DNA of 64,000 nt, taken from assembly GCA_964270895.1 (NCBI GenBank), contig OZ185442.1. The stretch is one strand, 5' to 3'. Of this stretch, positions 26,263-38,734 are shown piece after piece. This DNA comes from Podarcis filfolensis (lineage: Eukaryota). A program made the translations under genes and the position numbers. The notes below the pieces were generated by a model. The model made no database searches. It worked only from the letters and a program-made list of their open reading frames with translations, and had not been told where the DNA came from. The stretch's first letter is position 1. Every line of letters begins with the position of its first letter.

Positions 26263-26585
26263 CTAGCAACCTCATACCCATTGTTGCTCAGGAATTCTAA
26301 AAAAACCAAAAAACCAGTGCAGTTTTGAAATCCTTGGTTAAAATCAGTGCAGTTTTGAAATCCTTGGTTAAAATCAGTTCAGTTTTGAAATCAGTGGTTA
26401 CAATCAGTGCAGTTTTGAAAGGTTCAAGTCCACCATCTTGATTCCAAATGGCACCCAATTGTATCTCAGCATAGACAAAAACCCACTCTTCGATCTCAGG
26501 AACTATCATGTAAAATTAGGTGATGACAACTTAGGAGATGTCCAGATGCATAGCAAACAAGCAACTTTCCACGATATGCAGTTCA
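26263..26585 (-). mobile_element. Probable non-autonomous Helitron with internal tandem repeat
   Basis: Minus strand ends ...CCTGAGCAACAATGGGTATGAGGTTGCTAG|T (CTAG terminus plus decayed subterminal hairpin); no TIR or TSD; 5' end uncertain. Confidence 0.45.
26311..26420. repeat. 30-bp tandem repeat, about 3.7 copies
   Basis: Unit aaatcagtgcagttttgaaatccttggtta at 26311, 26341, 26371 and partially at 26401. Confidence 0.95.
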
Positions 26586-27814
26586 TGCTGCATTCCTATT
26601 TTACCCAAATACATATTAAGTGGTACATGCATTATTAAAATAAATAAATGACCCTACAGCAGTGTGTAGTTTTCTCTGTTTTTCTTCTTCTTACAGGAGT
26701 AGCACCTGCTGTGCCATGAATTATAAAATGTTTGATAACACCTGGTTGGAAGTTGTCTAGTCTCAAACAAGCTATAGCTAAGATTAACCACAGTTTGGAA
26801 GACACAACAAACATGGCGGGGGAGAAGCTTCCAGTCTCCTGGTGGTAGGGCTGAAGGAGAAGAGGAAGAGGAGGAAGTGTGAGAGCCAGAGGCTACTTGT
26901 GGGTCTTTTCCATCACAATCAGACATAGCACCCTTTATCTGCCCTACTCCACTCATGACCAGAATGGTTAAAGCATCTCCACATGGTTTTTCCTCCACTC
27001 TTTCACTGCAAGTTTGTGAATGTACAAAATGGTACGGTCATCATTCTGGACCAATTTGCAAGGAAGAGGAGGGGGAGGAGAGTTTGGATTTGATATCTCG
27101 CCTTTCACTCCCCTTAAGGAGTCTCAAAGCGGCTAACAATCTCCTTTCCCTTCCTCCCCCACAAGAAACACTCTGTGAGGTGAGTGAGGCTGAGAGACTT
27201 CAGAGAAGTGTGACTGGCCCAAGGTCACCCAGCAGCTGCATGTGGAGGAGCGGGGAAGTGAACCCGGTTCACCACATTACGAGTCCACCGCTTTTAACCA
27301 CAACACCACGCTGGCTGTGGTTAAGATCACCAAGGCTGTGTTCTTGCAGGTGTGGCATTAAAACCCTCTTGGAAAGCAAGAGTGGGTGGTGATGGGTCAC
27401 AACCCCCACTTTCAGCCCACTAACTATGGGTCATTCCAAGTCACCCAGTCTCATCTGGACTCTTGCGGGGGGGAACCTTTCTAAGTTCACCAGGATTGTG
27501 AAATTCAGAGTCTAATGCAATGTGCAGAAAATAACCCCTTAAGAGCAAAACTTCCTTCCTGTGGCCCATTGCTTAGAGGCATGTTATGATTGAAAGAAAA
27601 AGAAATAAGAAGGGAAGGGAATAAACAAAACACCCTCTCCTCCCCCCCCAAAAAAAACTTGATGGAGCAGGACTTTCTTGTCAAGCTTCTCAGTTCCCTC
27701 AGAGGGAACCTTTAGCTCAGGGAAGGGGCCCTTTCATCTGAGGGGGTAGCTTTTCAGTTGACATTGAGACACTGAATCCTGTGCCCATAAAAGAAAAGAG
27801 ATCAGGTCATGCTT

Positions 27815-28150
27815 TGTCTTGGGGGTAAAGAACCATTTTCAGCCTGAGGGCCACATTGCCTTCTAAGCAGCCTTCTGGGGGCCACATGCCAGTGATGGGC
27901 AGGGCTGGAGGCAAAAGTGGGTGGAGCAACAAATGTGAATTTTCCTTTTTTACAGACAGCTAGTTTCTACACACTTTCACACTGTCTTCCATTCAGCGAA
28001 ACGAAGGGCAGTGTCAGAGTTCAAGGACAAATTCGAGGTTAAGCACTCAAGCAGAGTCAATGAGTGAATGATGTGGTCTAAGGAAATGAGGCCATGGCCA
28101 GGGAGAGGCTTGGAGGACCACATTCAGGGCCCAGCCTGAGCTTTCCCATC
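27815..28150. mobile_element. Old hAT-like non-autonomous element; related copies about 58905-59015 and 59660-59950
   Basis: 'aaccattttcagcctgagggccacatt...gggggccacatgccagt' is the reverse complement of the 58930-59010 segment. Confidence 0.55.
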
Positions 28151-28300
28151 TCTGCTCCATGCACTAACATAAGATGGATCAGTGTGTTGATTACAAAACC
28201 GGTTTCTCTGATGAACAACAAGTGAGAAAAACAGGATTGCTCTCCAGGAAAGCTAGCATGTTTGCATTGTATACAGGCTGAAAACCCTGAGAGAACTTAC

Positions 28301-28350
28301 AGGTTTTGATTCGAAGAGTCTGAGGCTGATATGCAGAGGTAGGTCATGTC
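28301..28350 (-). CDS. dusp22a: DUSP22-like phosphatase, coding exon 4 (general-acid Asp57)
   Basis: DMTYLCISASDSSNQN(L); 50 nt; TTTTTTCACAG acceptor, GTAAGT donor. Confidence 0.93.
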
Positions 28351-28775
28351 CTGTGAAAAAAGAGACAAACTTTACAAGGGACTTGTGCATTCCACTTCAT
28401 GCAGGAGGCACAGCACAGTAAACAAATGGCGGGACATCTGCTATTGTTCTGTGATAGTCCTCAGCGTAACCTCAGATTTGTTATTTGCACTTAGCACAAC
28501 CTCATCTGATTAAGAGCCAAACAACTCATTATCTTGGAGCTCCATTTTAGAAATGTGTACTGACCACGAGATTCAGTTCAGACCACAGCATTGTAAAATA
28601 AGCTTGAGTTGGCTTAGACTAAATTGGAGACTACCTGGTCCAGCTCTGGGGTCAGATTCTGCTTCATTCCCTCCACCACCAGGCACGACTGGGGAATCAA
28701 AACATGGCCACAACTTTTTCCCCCCTTTTGAAAGCCACCCAGAGTGGCTGGGGTAACCCATTCAGATAAGAGGCA

Positions 28776-28818
<43 letters not shown>
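28776..28818. repeat. (TTA)n microsatellite
   Basis: About 14 units. Confidence 0.97.
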
Positions 28819-28821
<3 letters not shown>

Positions 28822-29536
28822 CACAGAAGTGGGTAAAATTTGCAGACATAGTAACCCATCCAGGTTCAGGGGTACTTCTGTTGGACAACTCTAAAATGTT
28901 GTCATTTGAAAAATAATAATTGTGGCACTATGGAAAACAGCACTATTTGTAAGTCTGGATCATTGAGGTGCTCCAGGGCTCCCTGCTTCAAACTGTGCCC
29001 CTATGATGCTTTCCCTTTTCAGAGCCCCAGCATAACAAGTAATTATGCCCTAAATCTGCATTACGCCCTCTGCACCAGGTTGATGGAAGAGTTCTGATCA
29101 GATGCAGCCAGCCTGATGGAAGAGTTCTAGGAAACATAAAACCTTGCTCACTGTTTTATGATGCTTTAATCAGCCCCAATGAAGATGGTTGCTGTCAGAT
29201 GACCTGTTAGTTGAGCATTGACCCTCCCTGATCTCTTTGCACTAGGTCTGCGAGGGCGCTAAGCAACATCAACTGCTTGCTGAGCATTCATTCCTATTTG
29301 TTTTCAGGGAGGTTAGAATCATAGAATTGTACATTTGGAAGGGATCCCAGGGGTCATCTAGTCCAAACCCCCTGCAATGCAGAAATCACAGTTAAATGTC
29401 GTTGTCAAGCAAATATGCCAGGCATTCCACTGCTTCTTCCCATCACTTTTCTCATCCCCATAAGCCTAATGCTATGGTGGAACAGGTTTGCTGTGCAAGA
29501 GCACCAAATCAGCTTAAATGTGAAACCTGAATAACG

Positions 29537-29784
29537 TCATACCTTGGATCCCGAACGTCTTGCGAGTCAAACATTTTGGCCCCCAAACGCCGCAAACCTG
29601 AAAGTGAGTGTTCCGGTTTTGTGAACGTTCTTTGAAACCCGAACGTCCAATGGGGCTACCGCGGCTTCTGATTGACTGCAGGAGCTTCCTGCAGCCAATT
29701 GGAAGCCGTGCCTTGGTTTCCAAATGTTTTGGAAGTTGAACGGACTTCCGGAACGGATTCCATTCGATTTCCAAGGTACCACTG
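29537..29784. mobile_element. Tc1/mariner-pogo-type MITE (second subfamily; left TIR eroded)
   Basis: Right end ccaaGGTACCACTG|TA; left end 'ataccttgg' remnant. Confidence 0.7.
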
Positions 29785-31588
29785 TATCTCCAGCTGAAAG
29801 GACCTCAGGTGACAGGTGACTGTGGAGAAAGCTCTCTCTCTCTTCCCAAGACCAGTTGCCACCAGCCAAATTGGACAATACAGGGCTGGAGAAGCCCATG
29901 GTTTGAGCTGGCATATCACAGCTTCCTATGTTCAGATGCAGAAAAAGAGAGGGGGGACTGATATAGTCCAAATTAACCATCAAGCTAAGCACACCACAGA
30001 GCAGAGACCTCATCCAACTTGAGTCTACCTGCTGCTGCTGCACAATTTTCAGATTGTTTTCTATTGGACCAAGTCATTCCCAACTTGGTTCATCTATACG
30101 TAGGTTGTTGCTTTTTTTTAAGGGGGGGGGGAGACAACACCGCTAGTATCAAAAATACTTTTTGCGGACAGTGTTGCAACACGTTTGCAACAGTAAAATC
30201 TTCCAGGCAGTTGCTAACCTCTCCCTCTCCTGTCCTCACCCCACCCCATCCTTCCCAGGCAATCACACAACAATACACATCAGGATTAATTACTATTCTC
30301 CACTGAAGCTTCCTCCCACCCCTGCTCACTACCAGAGATGGGACCCCCCCACCCCACCCCCATGCACACTCTCTCAGCATTTGCTGGAGGGCTAGGCATG
30401 GGAAAGGAGCTTGACTCTGCAATTCTTTTTGCCAGAGTGACAAATTGCTCAATGCACCCGTGTGTTTCCAGTTCCCCTTTTCTCCCTGGCCTCATTCACT
30501 CCATCATGTTGTAAGACCTCTGCGCCCATTTGCCATCTGTCTGGCAAGTCTGCAGAGATGCGGTCCAAGCAGCTGCGGCTTTGGTGAGCGGTTTTTGCTC
30601 CCTGCATTTGATTTCCCGCCCCCCCCCCCGATGACATTAGTCTGTATCTCTTACCAAGAAAATGGCTTTCATGGAGTTCATTTTCAAAATAAATACATAC
30701 TGTATTTTCTTGGGAAGCAAAGCAGCATGTATCGCCTGGGCAAATTCACCCACCCAAAACCAACACCATCAGTACACACACACAACTCTCTACAGCTGTA
30801 TTCAGTCATGCGGTTTATTGCATTAGTTTTACTGGTTACAATGCTAGTGCCTCTATCCTGATTTCTAACATGTCTTTTAGGCTACATTTATTCTATAAAT
30901 TTAAAGTGCTATCATGCCACTTTAAACAGTCATGGCTTGCCCTAAGGAATTCACTTAGTTCAAGTGCTGAGAGCTGTTAGGGGAACCCTGATTCCCCTCA
31001 CAGAGCTACAATTCTCAGAGTTCCCTGTGAAGAGGAGTTGATTAGTAAACCACCCCAGATTTCTTTGGTGGAACTATGACTGTTAAAGTGGCATCACAAT
31101 GCTTTAAATTCAAGGTGTTAATGTGGCCCTGGAAACAGCTAACACAGAAATGAGCACTGAACAGCTGTTAGATTTCCAGAAGTGGTTCTTTGGCTATGTG
31201 AAGTATCACATAAAGTGTGAAAATTATCAGGTAAGGAAACATCAGGGAAGCAGAATAAACTGCTATTAGCAGCAGCTGCATCAGAAGGTGCCTTGTATCA
31301 AGTCAGATAATTGGCGCATCTAGCTCAGTATTGCCTACACCAGATACAGGAAACCTCTGGCCCTCCAGATGTTGCTGCACTACAACTCCCATCATCCCCT
31401 GGTCGTTGGCCATGTTTAATTCCATTTTATCTGAACAAAAAAGTCCCCAACGTAACTTTGTAAGATGCTGGAGAGGGAGGGCCTACAGCAAAACCATAAC
31501 CCAAAGTGAGGGCTAAAGAGCTGAGGAGGGGGAGTATAAGAAGCAGTTTGTACTGTGCCACATTTTATTATGTTTTAAGTTGCTTTTA

Positions 31589-31931
31589 TGGGACATGGGT
31601 TAAACCACAGAGCCTAGGACTTGCCAATCAGAAGGTCGGTGGTTCGAATCCCCACAAAGGGCTAAGCTCCCATTGCTCAGTCCCTACTCCTGCCAACCTA
31701 GCAGTTCGAAAGCACGTCAAAGTGCAAGTAGATAAATAGGTACCGCTGCGGCAGGAAGGTAAACGGCATTTCCATGCGCTGCTCTAGTTCACCAGAAGCG
31801 GCTTAGTCATGCTGGCCACATGATCCAGAAGCTGTACGCTGGCTCCCTCGGCCAGTAAAGCAAGATGAGCGCCGCAACCTCAGAGTCATCCACAACTGGA
31901 CCTAATAGTCAGGGGTCCCTTTACCTTTACC
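31589..31931 (+). mobile_element. Sauria SINE, near full length
   Basis: gggttaaaccacagagcctagg...agcagttcgaaagcacgtcaaagtgcaagtagataaataggtacc...ggggtccctttacctttacc; 14-bp TSD TTAAGTTGCTTTTA at 31575-31588 and 31932-31945. Confidence 0.93.
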
Positions 31932-32535
31932 TTAAGTTGCTTTTAGCCCTGGAGGCAACAAAAAAAACCACTATTATTATCATTTAAATTGGAGAAATGC
32001 TAGCCAATCATAGAATCACAGGGTTGGAAGGGACCTGAGGTTCATCTAGTCCAGAGGTTCTCAACCTTTTTGAGTCCACGGCTCCCTTGACCAACTGCAT
32101 TCTTTCTACAGCACCCCAGTATGACCAGTGGTTGAGGATGATGGAAGCTGTAGTCCAGCAACATCTGGAGGGATGCAGATTCCCCATCCCTATACTAGAC
32201 AAATCTGGCATTACAAGACAACTGAAAGCAAGATCTGTTAATGCACAGCATGTGGAGGGAGGGAGGGTTGGGAAACCTGGCATAATCATTTCTGTAATTG
32301 CACTGCCCTCTACTGGCTTGTGACATTTCATAACTTCACCACAGAAATAATTACCTTCATGCATTCACATTTTAGCTGGGGAAGCCAAAGAAATATGAAT
32401 GAATAAGGTGGCAAATGGCCTGCAGCTGGGGTCCCTAAAGCATTTTACATATTTTCCAGCTGTCATGTTTTAAGTAATTGGATTCCTCCTTATTGCTATG
32501 ATCCAAGATGCTCCAGATCTCCTCTCCGTACTCAC

Positions 32536-32618
32536 TTCCAGCACAGGCTTAGCATTATTATGCACCGACAAGATGTGTGTGATCCCATTCTTCACTAAGT
32601 TCTCTTTGTCCTCAGAAT
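32536..32618 (-). CDS. dusp22a: DUSP22-like phosphatase, coding exon 3
   Basis: (D)SEDKENLVKNGITHILSVHNNAKPVLE; 83 nt; TTTCCAG acceptor, GTGAGT donor. Confidence 0.95.
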
Positions 32619-33390
32619 CTGGAAAGAAAGAGAGACTTCTAAGATCCAAGATGAATAAAAAGGTGCATTAGTTCATAACCCTTGCTTTAATCCAGCAAAG
32701 ACCAAAACAGGATGTTACATAGAAAGATGTGTGTAAACTTTCTCCCATTTTTTTAAGGGAAAAGCAGCCTCTGGAAGCTGCAGATTTATCACCAGAAAAG
32801 TGCTATGGAGGACTTGACCCTTTCCCTTCCAGCCAATGCAAAACCTCCCTCAAGTAAAGATATTGGTACTTATGTGTAGCTTCTACTTTGGTCCTTGTGT
32901 TCTTAAGCAAGGATTTGCCCACATGTGGACACTATTTAGCTGTTCATCCACTTCTCCACCTCCTGTTGAATTAAACCACAGCAGTCCACCCACACATATA
33001 TTAGGAGCAACTTCAGTCTTTCCCATTCACAACAGGAGGCATTCTGTCTTGTGATTGTCCCCACCTTCTAATCTGTTGATTCTAATATGTGGGCTAATTT
33101 TATTATTATTTTTTCTAGTGTGTACGTGTTTGCAAGGGGACTGGTTGGCTTTTAATGCTGTTACCATAAATTGTTGTGTGATTTTTATTTTGCATTTTTG
33201 TTCTTGTTTTCTCTCTTTTCGAATACTGTATGTATAAGACCCTTTGGGGAAAGCACTTGATAAGCGGTGTATATATTATGCAAATAAACAACTACAGATT
33301 AAACTAACTATGAAGAAATTATGAACATGCACTCTTGCTTTATAACATTAAATCATGTGGATGGATCCAGCCCCAGATTAAGACCCTTAG

Positions 33391-33660
33391 TGTTAAATAG
33401 TGGGTAGACATATCAGACGACACAGCGATTCTTCAAACAGCTCTTGTTTATTCACAGGCCAGAACAGAACTGAACTGAACTTAACTGAAGGGTTCAGCCA
33501 GCCTGCTTATATAGAGCTCCACTACAACGCAACTGTAACAACTTTCTGTAACTATCCAATCACTGAACGTCACTTTCAATCCCTTATTTGCATATGTGGA
33601 CCTGAGTGAAAACTATCTACAGTATCCCCCTGCTGGCCCAGAGTGAGAACTTCAGTAGCA
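33391..33660 (-). mobile_element. Solo LTR of an LTR retrotransposon
   Basis: TG...CA termini. Minus strand order is octamer ATGCAAAT (33593-33586), inverted CCAAT, TATA CTATATAAG (33514-33506), AATAAA (33452-33447), i.e. U3-R-U5. TSD imperfect (CTTAG/CTGAA). Confidence 0.8.
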
Positions 33661-34039
33661 CTGAAGCACTGAAAATATTGTTGTGCCCTCCCCGCCCCAT
33701 ATGTAACTCAAAATAAAAGCAGTGCTAAACCATAAAATGAAATTTTGTTTTTCAAAATGGCACAGAACTTACCTGTATGTTAAAATGGCACATATGCCTT
33801 GTGAAACACATGGTTCCCTTGCATTATATCAATCTATGTTAGTAGGACACTTCCTGGTCTTGGTGGGGATAAGTAATAATACTCCTAAATCTATAACAAT
33901 ACATACACCATGCAAAGATGAAACCAGCTCATCATTCCACAGTTGTACTAGATTCTAGGAGGAGGAGGAAGCAGAGGCCACATACACTGATCATAATAAA
34001 CATCTGCTAGGAGACAGGCAGAGTTTGAAAAACACTTAC

Positions 34040-34073
34040 CCCTGATGTTTCCAAGGTACAGCCCCCCTACAAC
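34040..34073 (-). CDS. dusp22a: DUSP22-like phosphatase, coding exon 2
   Basis: VVGGLYLGNIR(D); 34 nt; TTTTCAG acceptor, GTAAGT donor. Confidence 0.92.
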
Positions 34074-34978
34074 CTGAAAATAAGCCAAGAAAAATAATTA
34101 GTGCTGCAGGCGCTGTCCCTTGTGAACAAGATCCTCCTGGGCTTATTTTATTTATTTCATAAAATTGATTGTAAAAACAAAAAAACCAAGCAAACCTCAA
34201 AGTGGTTTACAAAAAGATAAAACAAGAAAACAAAAGAAAATATTACAATATTTTAAAACATACAGAAAGTTAAATTACTAAAAATAATTATTAAAATTCA
34301 CACTTTCTATGCATCTGGGTAGGCTTAACAGTAACGTTTTTTAGAGGAAAAGAGATGGAAGTATCTGCCTATTTTTGTTCTCTTCATTTCTCATTTTTCC
34401 AATCTTAAATTCAATTCTCCACATTTCTGCAAGAATGGTCTCATTTAAAAAAAAAATCTCATAGAAATTCTTCCTCATTTGGGGAAGAATTTCTCCTGGC
34501 ACATTTTTGCACCCAGTTTTGAGTCACATACATGTTTTTGCATGCAAGTGTTCATAATGCATTTTGGTATATGTCCATTAATGTATTCATTTTTATATTG
34601 TTCTCATATTGTTTCAGGAAGTGCGAATTTGATAAGTTCAGCTTTAAATGTGAATGGAAATAAATTCCTCCCCAATCCCTTCTCCCAGAGCACAGGTCAA
34701 TCCCCTGGAGCTGACTAAGGGTGGACAGAATGAGGACCAGTATCTACCAATAGATCACTGAATGATTTGCAGTAGACCAACATGGATTTCTTCTCCGTTC
34801 CCCACCCAATTCTTTAACCATTGCAATAACTTCCCAGTCCCCAAACCTGGCTTCTGAAATGAAGAAAGCATGAGAGGAGAGAATTCTGAACAGATTTGAG
34901 GGGCAGGGCTGTAGCTCAGAGGCATAACATCTGCTTTGCATTCAGAAGGTCCCAGATACAACCCTCAGAATCTCCAGG

Positions 34979-35157
34979 CATGGGTGTAGCAGATTTTTTG
35001 GGGGGGAGTGGACTTTTGTGGGAGGGCAGGACTTTCATTAGTGGGGGCAGAACTGATGTGATTGATTGGTTGGTTGGTTGGTTAGTTAGTTAAGTATTTC
35101 TACTATTTTACTTGATCTGGGGGGAGGCAGCTGCCCTCCCCCCGGGATACGCCCATG
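34979..35157. mobile_element. hAT MITE nested in a Squam3-like SINE
   Basis: TIR CATGGGTGTA/TACGCCCATG; perfect 8-bp TSD TCTCCAGG (34971-34978, 35158-35165) taken from the SINE body. Confidence 0.88.
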
Positions 35158-35261
35158 TCTCCAGGTAGGTCAGGGAAAAGCTCCTTGCCTGAAACCATGG
35201 GAACCTGCTGCCAGTCAGTGTAGATCAGCCAGAGCTAGATGCACACATGATCCAACTCTGC

Positions 35262-35284
35262 ATATCTATCTATATCTATCTATC

Positions 35285-35319
<35 letters not shown>

Positions 35320-35332
35320 ATCTATCTATCTA
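35262..35332. repeat. (TATC)n imperfect microsatellite
   Basis: tatc/atct runs with single-base interruptions. Confidence 0.95.
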
Positions 35333-37660
35333 TAATCTCAGCTTCCTATGAGAGGACTGTGAGCTCAGTTCTAGGACTTGGGCATAGATTTGGTGCCTTT
35401 TAAAAAGCAGCATTCTGAATCCTTTGCCCACTGCCAGCCTCACAAGGAACACACAAAGCGCCAGGCAACCTAAACATCAGGCCTTCCCGGCGTGACCTTT
35501 CAAACAGACACGGCTTGGCTTCCCACCAGCAGCAAGGGTCTGCTGTGGCCCAGAGACGCCATGGCTCTGTTTTGCGTTTCTATAGCAGCCAGCGCAGATC
35601 TTCCAAACAACTCCACTACGAGAGACGGCATCCAGGGCAGGCACACACGAAGGTGCTATTTTTAAATGCTTAGCTCGAGACATCTGAACAAAACAGGCCC
35701 CCTCTCTCTCGTTCCTTCCTCCTGCTCTGAAGAGCAAAGAACAGTTACAACGTGCTGTGTTCCCCGCCTGCCTCCTAACAAAACGAACTTGGGCAGTGTG
35801 GTACAGTGGTTAGAGTGTCAGACTAGGACCTGAACAAGTCAGATTTTGTAGAAAGCATTATGACAATGAGCTATCCTCCATGGCGGGTGGTGCCTATAGG
35901 AGCTGGTAGGGTGTAAGACAGGGAGCCCAACAGTAGGTGGAGCCAGAGCCAGTGGCAGATGCAGACAATTACTGTACCAACTGAGCCAACTCAGCCAACT
36001 AGTTTTGCCCCCATCCTCCTCCCTGCTGTGTTCTACAAGGGCAACATTGAGACTAAGGAAGATGAAGCTGACAGGCAGGGCCACCCTCCTTGAACTGGTT
36101 GGAAGTAGGAATGCAGGCAAGTAGGAGCAGGCTGAGTTTGGTGGGACAGTGTCCCGTTTGCCCTAATAGACCTGCCTCTGCTGAATATCCTGCCTACTGT
36201 TGCAGGAAAGTGAGCCAGCCAGCTGAGAAAACCTCTTGTCCGCAATTATTTCAATCCAGAAACAGGGAGGTCGGCAGTCTCCGATTTGAGCAGGCATTTT
36301 TATCTGGGTCAGAGGATCTAATTTTAATTCAGTAAAGCTGTGACTTTTCCTGTACAGGCAGTAAACTGATCCCACTGCCAGGCACCCAGCTGCATGTTAA
36401 ACAAATAGTTCTTCAGTGAGTTGTTGTTGTTGTTGTTGTTAAAAAGAATACCAACCAATATTGCTGAATGTCTTCTGATAAAAACAGGAGGCTGCAGCAA
36501 GTGTAAGTGGGGTGGAAAGCTCACTAAGTGGGAAAGGTAAACTGGAGGGAGTTGAGAGTTCTCTGGAAACACAGACCAATAGTTTAGTAATCCTTCTAAC
36601 ATCCCTGCAAGGTAGGCCATTGTTGTTATCGTTAATATTGCAGACAGGGAAGGCTGAGGGAATATAGCTTGCTTGGGGCCACTGTAAATTCTTCGCAATA
36701 GGCAAGTATTCCTCTGAATTACCAACAATAAGTTGCTGGGAATTTCAAACAGGGAGAGTGCTGTTGTGTTCAGGTCCTGCTTGCTCACTTCCCAACTGGG
36801 GTATCTGGTTGGCCACTGTGAAGACAGAGTGTTGGACTTGGTGGGCCCTTGGCCTGATCTAATGGGGATCTTCTTATGTCATGAAAATTTGAACTAGCAG
36901 CTTCTCAGCTCATCCTTCCATCCAGTGCTCTTCGGTGGAGCAGGTGGATAAATTTACACAATGGACTTAATGGTCTTACAGCGATGATCAGGTGTGCTGC
37001 TTCAGTCGTGGAGCTGACAATCAATGCTTCTATTCCCTCTACCCTGCTGTTCCATGGCTTACAACTACCTCTGCATCCCTGATACGTTAGAGCCATGCTC
37101 ACCAAGGACCATGTCTGTTGTAGCAGTTGTGATACACTGTGCTCGATACTGCATGGTTTTTAATTGTATTTTTATTGCTTGCTTGCTTCATTCATTTATT
37201 CATTTATTCATTTATTTATTATTGCATTTATATCCCACTTTCTTTTTATTCAGAGAGCTCAAAGTGACTAACATGGTCCTCCCCTCTCCATTTTTTATTC
37301 TTACAACAACCCTGTAAGGTAGGTTAGGCCCAAGGTCACCCAGTGAGCTTCAGTTCCTTGAACCCTGGTCTTTCAGGTCCTGGTCGGACATTCTGAGCAC
37401 ACTAGCTCAGTGTTTACTTTTTTACATTGTATACTATTGTATTACAATTTGCAATCAATCAAACTGAATTTCTAATGAAAGAAGCAATAAACATACAATT
37501 GAAAATCAATATGACTACTGAATGCAGACATGCTTTGAAAGACTACCTGAGTGAAGTTTCTGGACCACTGGTGGTCCACAGTTTGAAAACTCCTGTGTTT
37601 AAGCAAAAAGCCACCAAAAAGTCGGTTTTGCCACCCGATTAAAAATACGAAAGTGTGCAT

Positions 37661-37796
37661 CAGACATAGGCAAACTCGGCTCTCCAGATGTTATGGGACT
37701 ACAACTCCCATCATCCCTGACCACTGGTCCTGTTAGCTGGGGTTGTTGGGAGTTGTAGTCCCAAAACATCTGGAGGGCCAAGTTTTCCTATGCCTG
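37661..37796. mobile_element. Palindromic hAT MITE ('ggactacaactcccatc' family); at least a dozen decayed copies, e.g. 5110-5235, 6055-6180, 12590-12720, 15770-15885, 46400-46530, 52050-52225, 58007-58146, 60920-61050, 63530-63640
   Basis: TIR CAGACATAGGCAAACT/AGTTTTCCTATGCCTG; perfect 8-bp TSD GTGTGCAT (37653-37660, 37797-37804). Confidence 0.9.
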
Positions 37797-38484
37797 GTGT
37801 GCATGCTCAGACTCACTTAAATCACAGCCACATTAATGGATAATTAGAATTTGCTGCTGCTGCGGTGTTAACACATGCCCGACAATAATGAGCCAATTTT
37901 TAAGGTAAAAATAATAAAAACGTCAACATGCCTACCTGGCTGCCACAAGATTATAAAGTGTTTTTAAAAAGGAAAGGAAGGGAGGACACTGGGATGGCCA
38001 GCATCAAGCCGGTTCAGCCCCAGCATACAGTGCCTGTTTGCTGCTGCTTCCATCCTCGTCATGGGTGGGGGAGGGCAGGAGACTGGACTTTGGCCCTGGG
38101 GTGCGGCCCTGCTGCTCCACCAGCTGCTCCACAACCACTCAAACTGAGCCTTATTTCTTTGACATAAATTGCTTCACTGCAGACTTCCCTAACCTGGTCC
38201 CTTCTCGATTTTGGGGGACTACCAAGTCCCATCAGCCCCAGTCGTGCTAGTGCAGTCTCGTTGGCCAAGTGTCCAGCCAGGACCCAGGAGACCAGGGTTC
38301 AAATCCCACTCAGCCATGAAACTCATTGGGTGACCTTGAAGACCAGTCCCTCTCAGCTTAACCTACACCACAGGGTTGTGGTGGGGATTTAATGAACGGG
38401 GGAGAACCATGTAAGCCAGCTTAAGCTTCTTGGAGGAAACAATGGGATATAAATGCAACAAATAAAATAAAATAAAATACTACC

Positions 38485-38734
38485 TAGAATCATAGAATCA
38501 TAGAATCATAGAATCATAGAATCATAGAGTTGGAAGAGACCACAAGGGCCATCGAGTCCAACCCCCTGCCAAGCAGGAAACACCATCAGAGCACTCCTGA
38601 CATATGGTTGTCAAGCCTCTGCTTAAAGACCTCCAAAGAAGGAGACTCCACCACACTCCTTGGCAGCAAATTCCACTGTCGAACAGCTCTTACTGTCAGG
38701 AAGTTCTTCCTAATGTTTAGGTGGAATCTTCTTT
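38485..38734 (-). mobile_element. Young CR1 LINE 3' fragment in the DUSP22-like intron, 67 nt from the donor
   Basis: (TAGAATCA)x5 octamer tail followed by gagttggaagagaccacaagggccatcgagtccaacccc... Confidence 0.88.

Noticed and set aside
26311-26420. 30-bp repeats as a CRISPR-like array, or the 10-aa-repeat ORF 26297..26509 as a gene
   Set aside because: The units are head-to-tail with no spacers, the context is eukaryotic, there are no cas genes, and the ORF is just the translated tandem repeat.
28614-28859. ORF with a poly-Ile 'transmembrane' run
   Set aside because: Translation of the (TTA)n microsatellite.
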